Assembly (NCBI GenBank): GCA_027365215.1
Contig: DAHXNT010000001.1
Span: 1-40,001, forward strand
Length of the DNA stretch: 40,001 nucleotides
Direction: 5' to 3'
DNA from: Candidatus Micrarchaeota archaeon
Lineage (GTDB): Archaea > Micrarchaeota > Micrarchaeia > Micrarchaeales > Micrarchaeaceae
A program made the position numbers and the translations under genes. Below, one piece after another: positions 27,405-36,613 of this stretch (position 1 is its first letter; every line of letters starts with the position of its first letter). Under the pieces are notes generated by a model that was not told the DNA's origin, did no database searches, and saw nothing but the letters and a program-made list of their open reading frames with translations.

Positions 27405-28562
27405 ATGCTATCCCTGAAATTCATATCGAAGACAAACATCACGCCGGCAGACCAGTCTACGCGCGACATACTGGCAAAAGGGAACTTCGGCACCGACATA
27501 GCTGGGGAGCTGAAGATAAAGCCGGAGGAGCTGTTGTACCTGATGGATGTGAGGAACGCGGAATGCACGGCAAAAGGCAAAGCGCTCTCGTTCAACGATG
27601 CAGCGGCGATTTTCTCAAAGACAAAAAAACTGATCGCCAGGTACTTCTCGTACAAGGACTGGAGGGACAGGGGCCTGATCGCGAAGTACGCCGACCACAA
27701 GTACGCCGAGCCGAACACGCTTCCCGTGAAGAGATACCCTGCGCAGGCGCTCGACCTTCCAAAGTACAAGTTTACCGGAGTGTTCTTCAAGGATGACCTC
27801 TTCACGATAATAGACTCGGAAGAGGAGGCGCGCGACATATACGACAGGTTCTGGATAGGCCAGTACGGCACCTACAAGGCCGCTGACCGCGGCAAGATGA
27901 ACAAGCTCGACATATTCGAGACTGTGTTCCTGATGTCGAGAAAGATGCTGAAGCTGCAGAACGCGACCGAAGCCGATGTCGAGAAGGCGGCAAGCGCAAG
28001 GAGGTCCGACTTCAAAATGCTCTATCAGGTGTACGAGGACTGGAGGACCAAGGGGTTCGTGATAAAGACCGGGTTCAAGTTCGGCACCCACTTCAGGGTG
28101 TACTTCCCGGGCGCGAGGCCCGTAAAGGACGACAACTGGATGCACTCGAAGCACGTGATACAGGTGTTCCCGCAGAACTCGAGGATGCTAATATCGGAAT
28201 GGGCGCGCGCGATCAGGGTCGCGCACTCAGTCAGGAAGACGTTCATACTCGCGATACCTGGAAAGGGCGGCACAGCAGGCAAGAAGACAGCCATAGACTA
28301 CATACTGTACCACAGGATCGGTGGAGAGGCGTGTTTCCCTCCAAAGTACCCGCCGAAGTACGCGATGCTGTCGCTGAGCGAGGAGGAGTACATAGGCGGC
28401 AGGGAGCTGGCATCTGCCATAGAGCAGGCGATAGGGAAAAGGATGGAGCTTATACTCGGGATAGTCGACAGGGAGACCGCAGTCACCTACTACAAGGTAA
28501 GAAAGATAGAGCTGCCGAGGAGCAGGCACGAGTACTATGAGATAGACTGGATGCAGCCGTAA
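27405..28562 (+). CDS. endA: tRNA splicing endonuclease, three-unit epsilon2 (ARMAN) type
   Basis: 385 aa; YKDWRDRG and YEDWRTKG repeat units; KTGFKFGTHFRVY, HSKH, RVAHSVRK carry the Tyr/His/Lys triad; GTYK loop like the ARMAN-specific loop. Confidence 0.92.
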   Translation: MLSLKFISKTNITPADQSTRDILAKGNFGTDIAGELKIKPEELLYLMDVRNAECTAKGKALSFNDAAAIFSKTKKLIARYFSYKDWRDRGLIAKYADHKYAEPNTLPVKRYPAQALDLPKYKFTGVFFKDDLFTIIDSEEEARDIYDRFWIGQYGTYKAADRGKMNKLDIFETVFLMSRKMLKLQNATEADVEKAASARRSDFKMLYQVYEDWRTKGFVIKTGFKFGTHFRVYFPGARPVKDDNWMHSKHVIQVFPQNSRMLISEWARAIRVAHSVRKTFILAIPGKGGTAGKKTAIDYILYHRIGGEACFPPKYPPKYAMLSLSEEEYIGGRELASAIEQAIGKRMELILGIVDRETAVTYYKVRKIELPRSRHEYYEIDWMQP

Positions 28563-28602
28563 GGCAGCGCATCACGAAACCTCACGCTAATTGGAGCTAA
28601 CA

Positions 28603-28677
28603 CGGGTCCGGGGGGATTTGGACCCCCGACCTACTGGTTAAGAGCCAGCCGCTCTGACCAAGCTGAGCTACGGGCCC
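28603..28677 (-). tRNA. tRNA-Lys(CUU)
   Basis: GGGCCCG/CGGACCC acceptor (one C.A mismatch), GCTGG-CTCTTAA-CCAGT, GGGGG-TCCAAAT-CCCCC. Confidence 0.93.
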
Positions 28678-28725
28678 AAAATAAGTCACAGATACTTTTA
28701 TCCTCGCAACATTATTTATAACTAT

Positions 28726-29151
28726 TCATGGCGTCGTCTTGGTAGTTTCTTTTTCTTTGCCTCCAAGATACAGGAACAGCACGGAAAGCACTATTATCGC
28801 ATCAAGAAGCGAGCAGTATATGCATATATTGCCAAGTGAGGCCATCGCCGCAACCGAATAGAAGACCCCTACAATTCCAACTATTGCCCAGACATTCACC
28901 ACGAAGCCCATCCGTTTCCTGTCGGCGCGCAGGAAAAGTACCGCAGCCACGACTGTCCAGACGAGCGCGAGCACGGCAAGCGGCACTCCTGCCACGCTCG
29001 AGTACTGGCTCTGCAACACCTTCGCACAGTTCACCACCGTATTAACCGACGGGCAGTAGAGCGCCGCAGGGCTGAAGTGCACTACGACAGTGTATGCTGA
29101 ATCGGCTATGCCTATGATTAGCAGGGAGAGGAGCAGAACGCGATATTTCAT
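28726..29151 (-). CDS. vitamin K epoxide reductase (VKOR) family protein
   Basis: C-x8-C..VLQSQYS loop, four TM segments, CIYC redox motif. Confidence 0.9.
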   Translation of the reverse strand: MKYRVLLLSLLIIGIADSAYTVVVHFSPAALYCPSVNTVVNCAKVLQSQYSSVAGVPLAVLALVWTVVAAVLFLRADRKRMGFVVNVWAIVGIVGVFYSVAAMASLGNICIYCSLLDAIIVLSVLFLYLGGKEKETTKTTP

Positions 29152-30470
29152 GCATGCACACCGTCAGCGAACTTTGATATTATCGCATCAAGGCCCTTCC
29201 CTATCGGCCTCAACTCGTAATGCACCTGTATTATCGGCTTGTTAGCCCTTATGACCGTGTTGAGGTCCGTAGGCGTGGCAGAGACTATTGCGTCGCATTT
29301 CGCCCCATTGACGGTTCGCTCAAGGTCCTTCACCTGCTTTGCCCCATAGCCCATCGCAGGGAGCTCCTTGCCAAGGCGCGGGTACTTCTTGTACGTCGCA
29401 AGTATCTCGCCTACTGCATACTTCTTCGCGTCTACGACGCTAGCAGCCTTATACTTCTTCACTGCGACAGTTCCAGCGCCGATTGGCATGCCTCCATGCG
29501 TTATCGTAGGACCATCCTCTATCACAAGCACCTTCTTTCCCCTTACCTCTGCAGGGTCGTCTACAAACACATCAGACGCAGAGTAAATAATCTTCGCCGT
29601 CCCGTTTATCCCCCTTAGATTTTTCGCCACCTCGCTAACCTTCTTCTTAGGGGCGGAGTTGACCTTGTTTATCAGCAGCACGTCAGCCATCCTGGCCACT
29701 TCGTTGCCTGGGTAGTAGTCAAGTTCGTTTCCGGCCCTGAACGGGTCAGCTACCGTTATGAGCAGGTCCGGCCTGATGAATGGTGCGTCATTGTTTCCCC
29801 CGTCCCATATTATCACGTCAGCCTCATTCTCCGCTTTCTTCAGTATCCTGCCGTAATCGACCCCTGAATACAGCACGAAGCCGTTCCTTATGTGCGGCTC
29901 GTAGTCCTCCCTCTCCTCTATCGTGCAGTCATACTTGTCTAGGTCGGAAAGCTTTGCGAATCTCTGGACGATCTGGTCCTTCAATACGCCGTAAGGCATG
30001 GGGTGCCTGATTACCACAGCCTTCAGTCCCCTGCTCCTGAACGCCTTTGCAATGTATCGCGAAGTCTGGCTCTTGCCACATCCAGTCCTGACGGCACACA
30101 CTGCTATCACTGGCTTTGACGACTTTATCATGGCCTTCTCCGGTGCTATCAGCCAGAAGTCGGCACCGTTCGCGTTGACCAGGCTTGCCTTGTCCATCAC
30201 TGTTGAGTACGGAAGGTCGCTGTACGCCATCACGCATATATCTGCCTTGTATTTTCTTATCAGAGCAGGAAGCTCCGATTCATCATGTATCGCAATGCCG
30301 TGAGGATAAAGCCTTCCGCTCAGCTCCTTTGGGTAAGACCTATTGTTTATGTACGGTATCTGCGCAGCTGTGAAGGCCACCACTTCATATTCCGGATTGT
30401 CCCTGAAAATAACGTTGAAATCGTGGAAGTCCCTACCCGCAGCCCCTATTATTATGACTTGCTTCGGCAT
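29148..30470 (-). CDS. COG2403 P-loop protein (cDPG-synthetase-like; candidate arginine synthetase ArcE)
   Basis: GAAGRDFHDFN, RTGCGKS, IRHPMPYG, TIEEREDYE, WDGGNND, EDGPTITHGGM. Confidence 0.8.
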   Translation of the reverse strand: MPKQVIIIGAAGRDFHDFNVIFRDNPEYEVVAFTAAQIPYINNRSYPKELSGRLYPHGIAIHDESELPALIRKYKADICVMAYSDLPYSTVMDKASLVNANGADFWLIAPEKAMIKSSKPVIAVCAVRTGCGKSQTSRYIAKAFRSRGLKAVVIRHPMPYGVLKDQIVQRFAKLSDLDKYDCTIEEREDYEPHIRNGFVLYSGVDYGRILKKAENEADVIIWDGGNNDAPFIRPDLLITVADPFRAGNELDYYPGNEVARMADVLLINKVNSAPKKKVSEVAKNLRGINGTAKIIYSASDVFVDDPAEVRGKKVLVIEDGPTITHGGMPIGAGTVAVKKYKAASVVDAKKYAVGEILATYKKYPRLGKELPAMGYGAKQVKDLERTVNGAKCDAIVSATPTDLNTVIRANKPIIQVHYELRPIGKGLDAIISKFADGVHA

Positions 30471-30505
30471 GTCGCTCACCATAAACCTAGGTAGCTAAAA
30501 ATATA

Positions 30506-31558
30506 TCAATATAGCGCACGTATTCCGTCATGTCTGAGCTTTTTGGGCCTGCCACCGACAACGGGTATCACGGTGCCGCAGTTCCTGCATCTGTTTTTTT
30601 CATCGAGTGCCCACTCTGTAAGGTACAGTCCCCTTCTGCCTATGGCAAGGCTGCCGCAGACAGGGCAATACGTACTCTCGTGCTCGTTGAGCGTGTTGCC
30701 TATGTACGCATAGTTCAGGCCATTCTTCTTGGCGATCTCATAATGGGCTTCGAGGGTCTTGTATTCCGTTACCGGATAATCGAGCATCTTGTAATCAGGA
30801 TGGAACTGTGTGAAATGCAAAGGCGTGTCCGCGCCGAGCGCGTCATGCACCCATTTGGTCAGCCGATCGCATTCTTCCAGAGAGTCGCCGACGCGCGGCA
30901 CTATAAGGTCAGTGAGCTCTATGTGAATACCTGCACTCTTCAGCCAAATCAACGCATCCTTTATCGGCGCGTTAGATGTCACAACCTCATACTTGTTGGC
31001 GAACTTCTCATCCCCATTTCCCTTGAAATCCACTACTACCGCATCAATCAACCCTTTCATGGAGCGCACTGCTTCCTTTGTGAGGAATCCGTTTGTAACG
31101 AACAGGTTGTAGAGCCCCTTCTCATGCGCAAGCCTTGCGACGTCGAGCGCATACTCTATGAATATCGCCGGCTCATTGTACGTATACGCTATGCCTTCCA
31201 CGCCATTCTCCAGCGCCATATCGACAATGCTTTCTGGAGGCATGTAGATGCCGGTTATCTCATGGTCTTTCGATATGTTATGGTTCTGGCAGAAGGCGCA
31301 TCCGAAGTTGCATGACGAAGTGCCTATGCCGAGCACGTATGTTCCCGGCATGAAATGGCTGAAAGGCTTCTTTTCTATAGGGTCTATCTGCATCGCATTT
31401 ATCATGCCATACGCAGACAGCACAAGTTTTCCCCCGACATTCTTCCTGACGAAGCAGAATCCATGTCCTCCTTCAGGTATCCTGCACCTCCTTGCGCACG
31501 CTGTGCACTCCACCTTCTTGCCCTGCATTTTGCCCCATAGCCTTGCTTCGACTTCCAT
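30506..31558 (-). CDS. amrS: AmmeMemoRadiSam system radical SAM enzyme
   Basis: CTACARRC N-terminal domain, DPIEKKP, CNFGCAFCQN (CxxxCxxC), YTYNEP, FHPDY, YIGN, C-terminal CPVC/CRNC. Confidence 0.9.
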   Translation of the reverse strand: MEVEARLWGKMQGKKVECTACARRCRIPEGGHGFCFVRKNVGGKLVLSAYGMINAMQIDPIEKKPFSHFMPGTYVLGIGTSSCNFGCAFCQNHNISKDHEITGIYMPPESIVDMALENGVEGIAYTYNEPAIFIEYALDVARLAHEKGLYNLFVTNGFLTKEAVRSMKGLIDAVVVDFKGNGDEKFANKYEVVTSNAPIKDALIWLKSAGIHIELTDLIVPRVGDSLEECDRLTKWVHDALGADTPLHFTQFHPDYKMLDYPVTEYKTLEAHYEIAKKNGLNYAYIGNTLNEHESTYCPVCGSLAIGRRGLYLTEWALDEKNRCRNCGTVIPVVGGRPKKLRHDGIRALY

Positions 31559-31708
31559 CAAAAGCAATTGTGCGTTTTTTATATTTAACCATTGCCTTTT
31601 CCATGCTCCTTAATCCAATCAAAAGGCATTTAAATGTGAAAACAAAAAGGTTAATAGCGAGCATTTCTTCGATAGTAATTCACGCAAAGTTAGACATAAA
31701 CAGGACCA

Positions 31709-33643
31709 ATGGTATCTATGGAAGACGGAGAGTACACAGCAAAAGACATAACGGTTCTTTCGGGCCCGCAGGGAATAAGGAAAAGACCCGCAATGTACAT
31801 AGGATCCACGGGCAGCCCTGGCTTTATACACCTACTCTATGAAGTGATAGACAACAGCGTTGACGAGGCGGTCGGCGGCTACTGCAAGAACATAAGGATA
31901 ACACTTACACGAGACGACAACTGCGACGTGGCAGAGGTGTCAGACGACGGCAGGGGCATACCTGTCGACATAATGGAGAAAGAAGGCAAGCCTGCGCTTG
32001 AGGTCATAATGACGTCGATACACGCAGGCGCCAAGTTCGCAAACAAGGTGTACAAGGTCTCCGGAGGGCTTCACGGGGTTGGGCTCACGGTTGTAAACTC
32101 GCTTTCCGAATACACGGTCGTGACCGTAAAGAAAGGCGGCAAGGTATACAGGGAAACGTTCAGCAGAGGCGCTCCCACATCAGGGCTCGAAATCATCGGC
32201 GATGCCAGTGCGAAGGATACCGGCACAACAATCAAGTTCAAGCCGGATACAGGCATCTTTTCCATAGACAGTTTCGACTCGATAGAGCTTGACGAGAGGC
32301 TTCGCGACATCTCATTCCTGAATCCAGGGCTCAACATAATATTCGCGGACGAGCGCGGCGAGGAGAAGAAGGAAACCGTATACAAATCGGAAAACGGAAT
32401 GATGGAATTCCTCGACTACCTCAGGAACGGAACCGAAGCGGTTTCGAGGCCGATAAGCATATCGAAGGCCGTTGACAGCACAGCTGTCAGCATAATACTC
32501 CAGTATGTGAAGAACTACAGCGAAGAGCTCGTATCCTTCGTAAACAACATAAGGACTAGGGAAGGGGGCTCGCACGTGACCGGGTTCCACACAGCAATAA
32601 CAAGGGCGATAACTAACTATCTCGGCAAGAGGAGCGGGAATGGCAACGGCTCAAAGAAGCCGCAGATCGGAGTCACGGGAGAAGACACGAGGGAGGGTCT
32701 GATTGCGATAGTTAGCGTGCTGATGCAGAATCCCGAATTCGAGGGGCAGACCAAGGAGAAGCTCGGCAGCATCAACGTGAAGAGCATAGTGGATTCGGTG
32801 CTCTACAATGGGTTCAGCACCTTCCTGGAAGAAAACCCGTCAGATGCAGGCAGCATAATCGAGAAGGTGTCAGCAGCCGCGGAAGCAAGGGAATCGGCAA
32901 GGAAGGCGAGGGACCTGGCGAGGAAGAAAAGCGGCTTCGAGGGCACTGTCCTGCCCGGCAAGCTCGCGGACTGCACGATATCCGATCCCGAGAAGACCGA
33001 GCTGTTCATAGTGGAGGGCAGGAGCGCGGCAGGCTCGAGCAAGGACGGCCGCGACAGGCTGTATCAGGCAATACTGCCCCTAAGGGGCAAGGTGCTGAAC
33101 GTCGAAAAGGCGGGAATGGAAAAGATATTCAACAATGCGGAGCTGCATGCTCTTGTGACGGCCCTTGGCACAGGTATAGAAAGCACGTTCAATCCGGACA
33201 AGATAAGGTACAGCAAGGTGATACTCCTTACGGATGCAGACGTCGATGGGAGCCACATAAGGACACTCCTGCTCACGTTCATCTACAGGTACATGAGGCC
33301 GCTCATAGAGAAAGGCCACATATACGTGGCGCAGCCGCCGCTATACAGAGTGTCAAGGGGCAAGGAGGTGTCGTACGCCTACACCGACGCAGAGCTGAAC
33401 GCCCTGATGGAGAAGTACGAGAAGAAGGCGGCGCTGCAGAGGTACAAGGGTCTCGGGGAGATGAACCCAGAGCAGCTCTGGGAGACGACGATGGATCCGA
33501 AGGCGAGGGTGCTGAAGCGCATAACGATAACCGACGCGCAGAAGGCGGACGCTATTTTCTCAATACTGATGGGCGTAAGTGTGCCTGAAAGGAGGAAATT
33601 CATAGAGGAGCACGCCACAGAGGTGTCGTTCCTTGACATATGA
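31709..33643 (+). CDS. gyrB: DNA gyrase subunit B
   Basis: RKRPAMYIG, EVIDNSVDE, DDGRGIP, SGGLHGVG, EGRSA, PLRGK, DADVDG, RYKGLGEM. Confidence 0.98.
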   Translation: MVSMEDGEYTAKDITVLSGPQGIRKRPAMYIGSTGSPGFIHLLYEVIDNSVDEAVGGYCKNIRITLTRDDNCDVAEVSDDGRGIPVDIMEKEGKPALEVIMTSIHAGAKFANKVYKVSGGLHGVGLTVVNSLSEYTVVTVKKGGKVYRETFSRGAPTSGLEIIGDASAKDTGTTIKFKPDTGIFSIDSFDSIELDERLRDISFLNPGLNIIFADERGEEKKETVYKSENGMMEFLDYLRNGTEAVSRPISISKAVDSTAVSIILQYVKNYSEELVSFVNNIRTREGGSHVTGFHTAITRAITNYLGKRSGNGNGSKKPQIGVTGEDTREGLIAIVSVLMQNPEFEGQTKEKLGSINVKSIVDSVLYNGFSTFLEENPSDAGSIIEKVSAAAEARESARKARDLARKKSGFEGTVLPGKLADCTISDPEKTELFIVEGRSAAGSSKDGRDRLYQAILPLRGKVLNVEKAGMEKIFNNAELHALVTALGTGIESTFNPDKIRYSKVILLTDADVDGSHIRTLLLTFIYRYMRPLIEKGHIYVAQPPLYRVSRGKEVSYAYTDAELNALMEKYEKKAALQRYKGLGEMNPEQLWETTMDPKARVLKRITITDAQKADAIFSILMGVSVPERRKFIEEHATEVSFLDI

Positions 33644-33652
33644 GGTGACGCC

Positions 33653-34858
33653 ATGCCTGACATAATCGATATGCCGATAGAGAACGAGATGCAATCGGAC
33701 TACATAGACTATGCCATGAGCGTAATAATAAGCAGGGCGCTCCCGGATGCGAGGGACGGCCTCAAGCCTGTGCAGAGGAGGATACTGTATTCGATGCACG
33801 CCATGGGAAACACCCACGGCCATCCAACCAAGAAAAGCGCAAGGATAGTCGGAGACGTGATGGGAAAGTACCATCCGCACGGCGACACTGCGATATACGA
33901 TACCCTTACCAGGATGGCGCAGACATTCACGATGAACCACACCCTGGTGGAGGGCCAGGGAAACATGGGTTCTATCGACGGCGACCCTCCAGCGGCGCAG
34001 AGATACACCGAGGTAAGACTGCAGACCCTGGCAGAGGACATGCTGGTGGATCTCGACAAGGAAGCAGTGCCGTTCGTGCCAAATTTCGACAACACCGAGA
34101 CGGAGCCGGAGATTCTTCCGGCAAAGATCCCTAACCTGCTGCTGAACGGCGCGTCAGGAATAGCGGTCGCGGTAGCCACTAGCATAATGCCCCACAATCT
34201 GAGAGAGCTGTGCAATGCCATACTCGCATACATCGAGAATCCCGAAATAGGGAACGTGGAGCTGATTAAACACATACAGGGTCCGGACTTCCCGACAGGC
34301 GGCGTCATATTCAACTCCGAATCGCTCATATCGTCATACCTGACCGGCAGGGGCTCGGTGACCATAAGGGGAGTCACGGAGATGGAGGAGAACGGCCACA
34401 GGAACCGCATAGTGATAACAGAAATTCCATACACTGTGAACAAGGCGACAATGGTGGAGCAGATAGCGCTGCTTGCCAAGGAGAAGAAGCTGCCTGAGAT
34501 ATCAGGAGTGAAGGACGAAAGCAGCAAGGGCGACATAAGGGTCACCATAGACCTGAAGCAGGACGCGAACACGGAGTACGTGCTCAACATGCTCTACAAG
34601 CACACCTCGCTGCAGCTAACTCTGCCCATAGCGAACATAGCCGTGATAGGCAAGAGGCTCGTTACGCTCAACCTTAAGCAGTACATCAAGATATTCGTGG
34701 AACACAGGATAGAGGTCGTGAAGGCTAGGACGAGATACGAGCTCAGGGTGGCCACCGACAGGCTGCACATAGTCGACGGGCTTGTGATAGCTGTCAACGA
34801 CATAGACAACACCATCAACATAATAAAGGGCAGCGCCGACACGAAGGAGGCCACATGA
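33653..34858 (+). CDS. gyrA: DNA gyrase subunit A, N-terminal part (breakage-reunion domain; ends at the C-gate)
   Basis: RALPDARDGLKPVQRR, YHPHGD, AAQRYTE catalytic Tyr, GPDFPTGG; premature TGA at 34856-34858. Confidence 0.9.
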   Translation: MPDIIDMPIENEMQSDYIDYAMSVIISRALPDARDGLKPVQRRILYSMHAMGNTHGHPTKKSARIVGDVMGKYHPHGDTAIYDTLTRMAQTFTMNHTLVEGQGNMGSIDGDPPAAQRYTEVRLQTLAEDMLVDLDKEAVPFVPNFDNTETEPEILPAKIPNLLLNGASGIAVAVATSIMPHNLRELCNAILAYIENPEIGNVELIKHIQGPDFPTGGVIFNSESLISSYLTGRGSVTIRGVTEMEENGHRNRIVITEIPYTVNKATMVEQIALLAKEKKLPEISGVKDESSKGDIRVTIDLKQDANTEYVLNMLYKHTSLQLTLPIANIAVIGKRLVTLNLKQYIKIFVEHRIEVVKARTRYELRVATDRLHIVDGLVIAVNDIDNTINIIKGSADTKEAT

Positions 34859-36048
34859 AGCTCAGCAAGCTCACCAACCTCGAGACCACGTCGCTCGCGG
34901 CCGAACAGGTGGAGCTGAAGGGCCAGATAGGTAGATACAACCAGATACTCGGAAATGACGCCGAAGTGTACAGGATAATAGCGGAGGAGACGGCCGAAGT
35001 CAGGGACAAGTACTCGCGTGAAAGGAGGACGAAGGTCATCGGCGACCTGTCCGGCATCGAGATAACCAGGGAGAACCTTGTCGTCGACGAGGAGGTAAGC
35101 GTAATACTAACCAGCAACGGCTACCTGAAGAGGCTGCCTGCGGATACCTACAAGGAGCAGGACCGCGGAGGCCGCGGAGTCATAGCCATACAGCCTAAGG
35201 AGGGCGATCGCGTGAAGCAGGTGCTCTACTGCATGTCAAAGGACTACCTGCTCATGCTCACCAACAAGGGGTCCGCATACTGGCTCAAGGCGTATCTGGT
35301 GCCTGAGGAAGGCAGGTATACGGCAGGGAAGGCCGCGGTCAACATGGTGAAGCTCGAGGAAGGGGAGAAGATAGAGAAGATAGTCAACACCCGCACCTTC
35401 GAAGGCAAGTTCATCGCCTTCGCAACGCAGAAAGGCATAGTGAAAAGGGTGAGCGCCATGGCGTTCTCCAGGCCGAGGTCCACTGGGATAAGGGCGATAA
35501 ACGTGGACGAAGGCGACAGCCTTGTAGACGTATGCCTCTCAGACGGCAAGTCGGAGCTCTTCATAGCCACGCGCAACGGCAAGGCGATAAGGTTCGACGA
35601 GAACAGGGTAAGGTCAATGGGCAGGAACGCGTACGGCGTGCGCGGCATAAAGCTTGCAGGTGACGACAGGATCACAAACATGATAGAGGTAAAGCCCGGA
35701 GATAAGATTGCCTCAATAACGGAGAACGGCTTCGGAAAGGTCACAGAGGCCGACAAGTACAGGCTGCAGGGGCGCGGAGGCACAGGCGTGCTCAACATAA
35801 AGATAACTCCGAAGACCGGAAATGTCGTGAAGTCGCTGAAGGTGTCAGAGGACGGCAGCGTAATACTCATAAGCTCCGAGGGAATAGCGATAAGGTTTTC
35901 CGCCACGGACATAAGGGAGACTGGAAGAAGCGCAAGCGGGGTAAGGCTCATGCGCCTGTCCGGCGGCGCGAAGGTCGTGGACGCCCAGGAGATGCTGGGC
36001 CAGCAGGATGGCGGAAACAGCGGACCGGTCCAGCAGCAGGCCGCATAA
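34855..36048 (+). CDS. gyrA: DNA gyrase subunit A, C-terminal part (coiled coil plus beta-pinwheel CTD)
   Basis: MKLSKLTNLE equals the MRLxxLTxLE motif; GyrA-box QDRGGRG; six pinwheel repeats. Confidence 0.88.
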   Translation: MKLSKLTNLETTSLAAEQVELKGQIGRYNQILGNDAEVYRIIAEETAEVRDKYSRERRTKVIGDLSGIEITRENLVVDEEVSVILTSNGYLKRLPADTYKEQDRGGRGVIAIQPKEGDRVKQVLYCMSKDYLLMLTNKGSAYWLKAYLVPEEGRYTAGKAAVNMVKLEEGEKIEKIVNTRTFEGKFIAFATQKGIVKRVSAMAFSRPRSTGIRAINVDEGDSLVDVCLSDGKSELFIATRNGKAIRFDENRVRSMGRNAYGVRGIKLAGDDRITNMIEVKPGDKIASITENGFGKVTEADKYRLQGRGGTGVLNIKITPKTGNVVKSLKVSEDGSVILISSEGIAIRFSATDIRETGRSASGVRLMRLSGGAKVVDAQEMLGQQDGGNSGPVQQQAA

Positions 36049-36097
36049 TTCATGCACGCATATTAATATTGCACCCAAAATGGTAACGGATGGGGAA

Positions 36098-36610
36098 ATG
36101 ATATCGGTGCTTGTGGTCGGAAAGTGCACTCGGGAAGTGATGACCGACATATGCATGACCTCAAGGGCGTTCGGGGCATCTAAAATATCGTTCACATGTA
36201 ATGAGGACAGGAAGGTGGCCAACGCTGTTGGCAAGATATCGGATGTCTGGGGCGGCAAGTTTGCTATATCGTTCAACGCAGACTACAAGAAGATGATGAG
36301 CGACTCGCCCAACTACAAGAAGATATTTCTCACGCAGTACGGGCTTCCAGTGCAGAAGGTCAACCACTCTCTCAGGACATACAAGAACATCATGGTGATC
36401 GTTTCGCTGACCGACGCGCTCGCGCAGCGCCTTATCGACGCGGCAGACTTCAACGTGTCGATAACCGCGCAACCGCACAGCTCAGTGTCGGCCATAGCGG
36501 TTTTCCTGCACACATACTTCAACGGGAGGGAGAACGCGATGCAATTCGAGAACGCGAAGATGAAGGTTATACCTATGGAGCGGGGCATACACGTAAAGAA
36601 GCAGGAATAA
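36098..36610 (+). CDS. trm56: tRNA (cytidine56-2'-O)-methyltransferase aTrm56 homolog, degenerate
   Basis: RAFGA, WGGKF, LTQYG, ADFNVSI..QPHS.V.AIAVFL and F.NAK..VIP motifs. Confidence 0.8.
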   Translation: MISVLVVGKCTREVMTDICMTSRAFGASKISFTCNEDRKVANAVGKISDVWGGKFAISFNADYKKMMSDSPNYKKIFLTQYGLPVQKVNHSLRTYKNIMVIVSLTDALAQRLIDAADFNVSITAQPHSSVSAIAVFLHTYFNGRENAMQFENAKMKVIPMERGIHVKKQE

Positions 36611-36613
36611 GCC

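Noticed and set aside
33709..36053. Long antisense ORFs (33709-34590, 35244-36053) and similar shadows over other genes
   Set aside because: Shadow frames of well-supported genes caused by codon bias; no motifs of their own.
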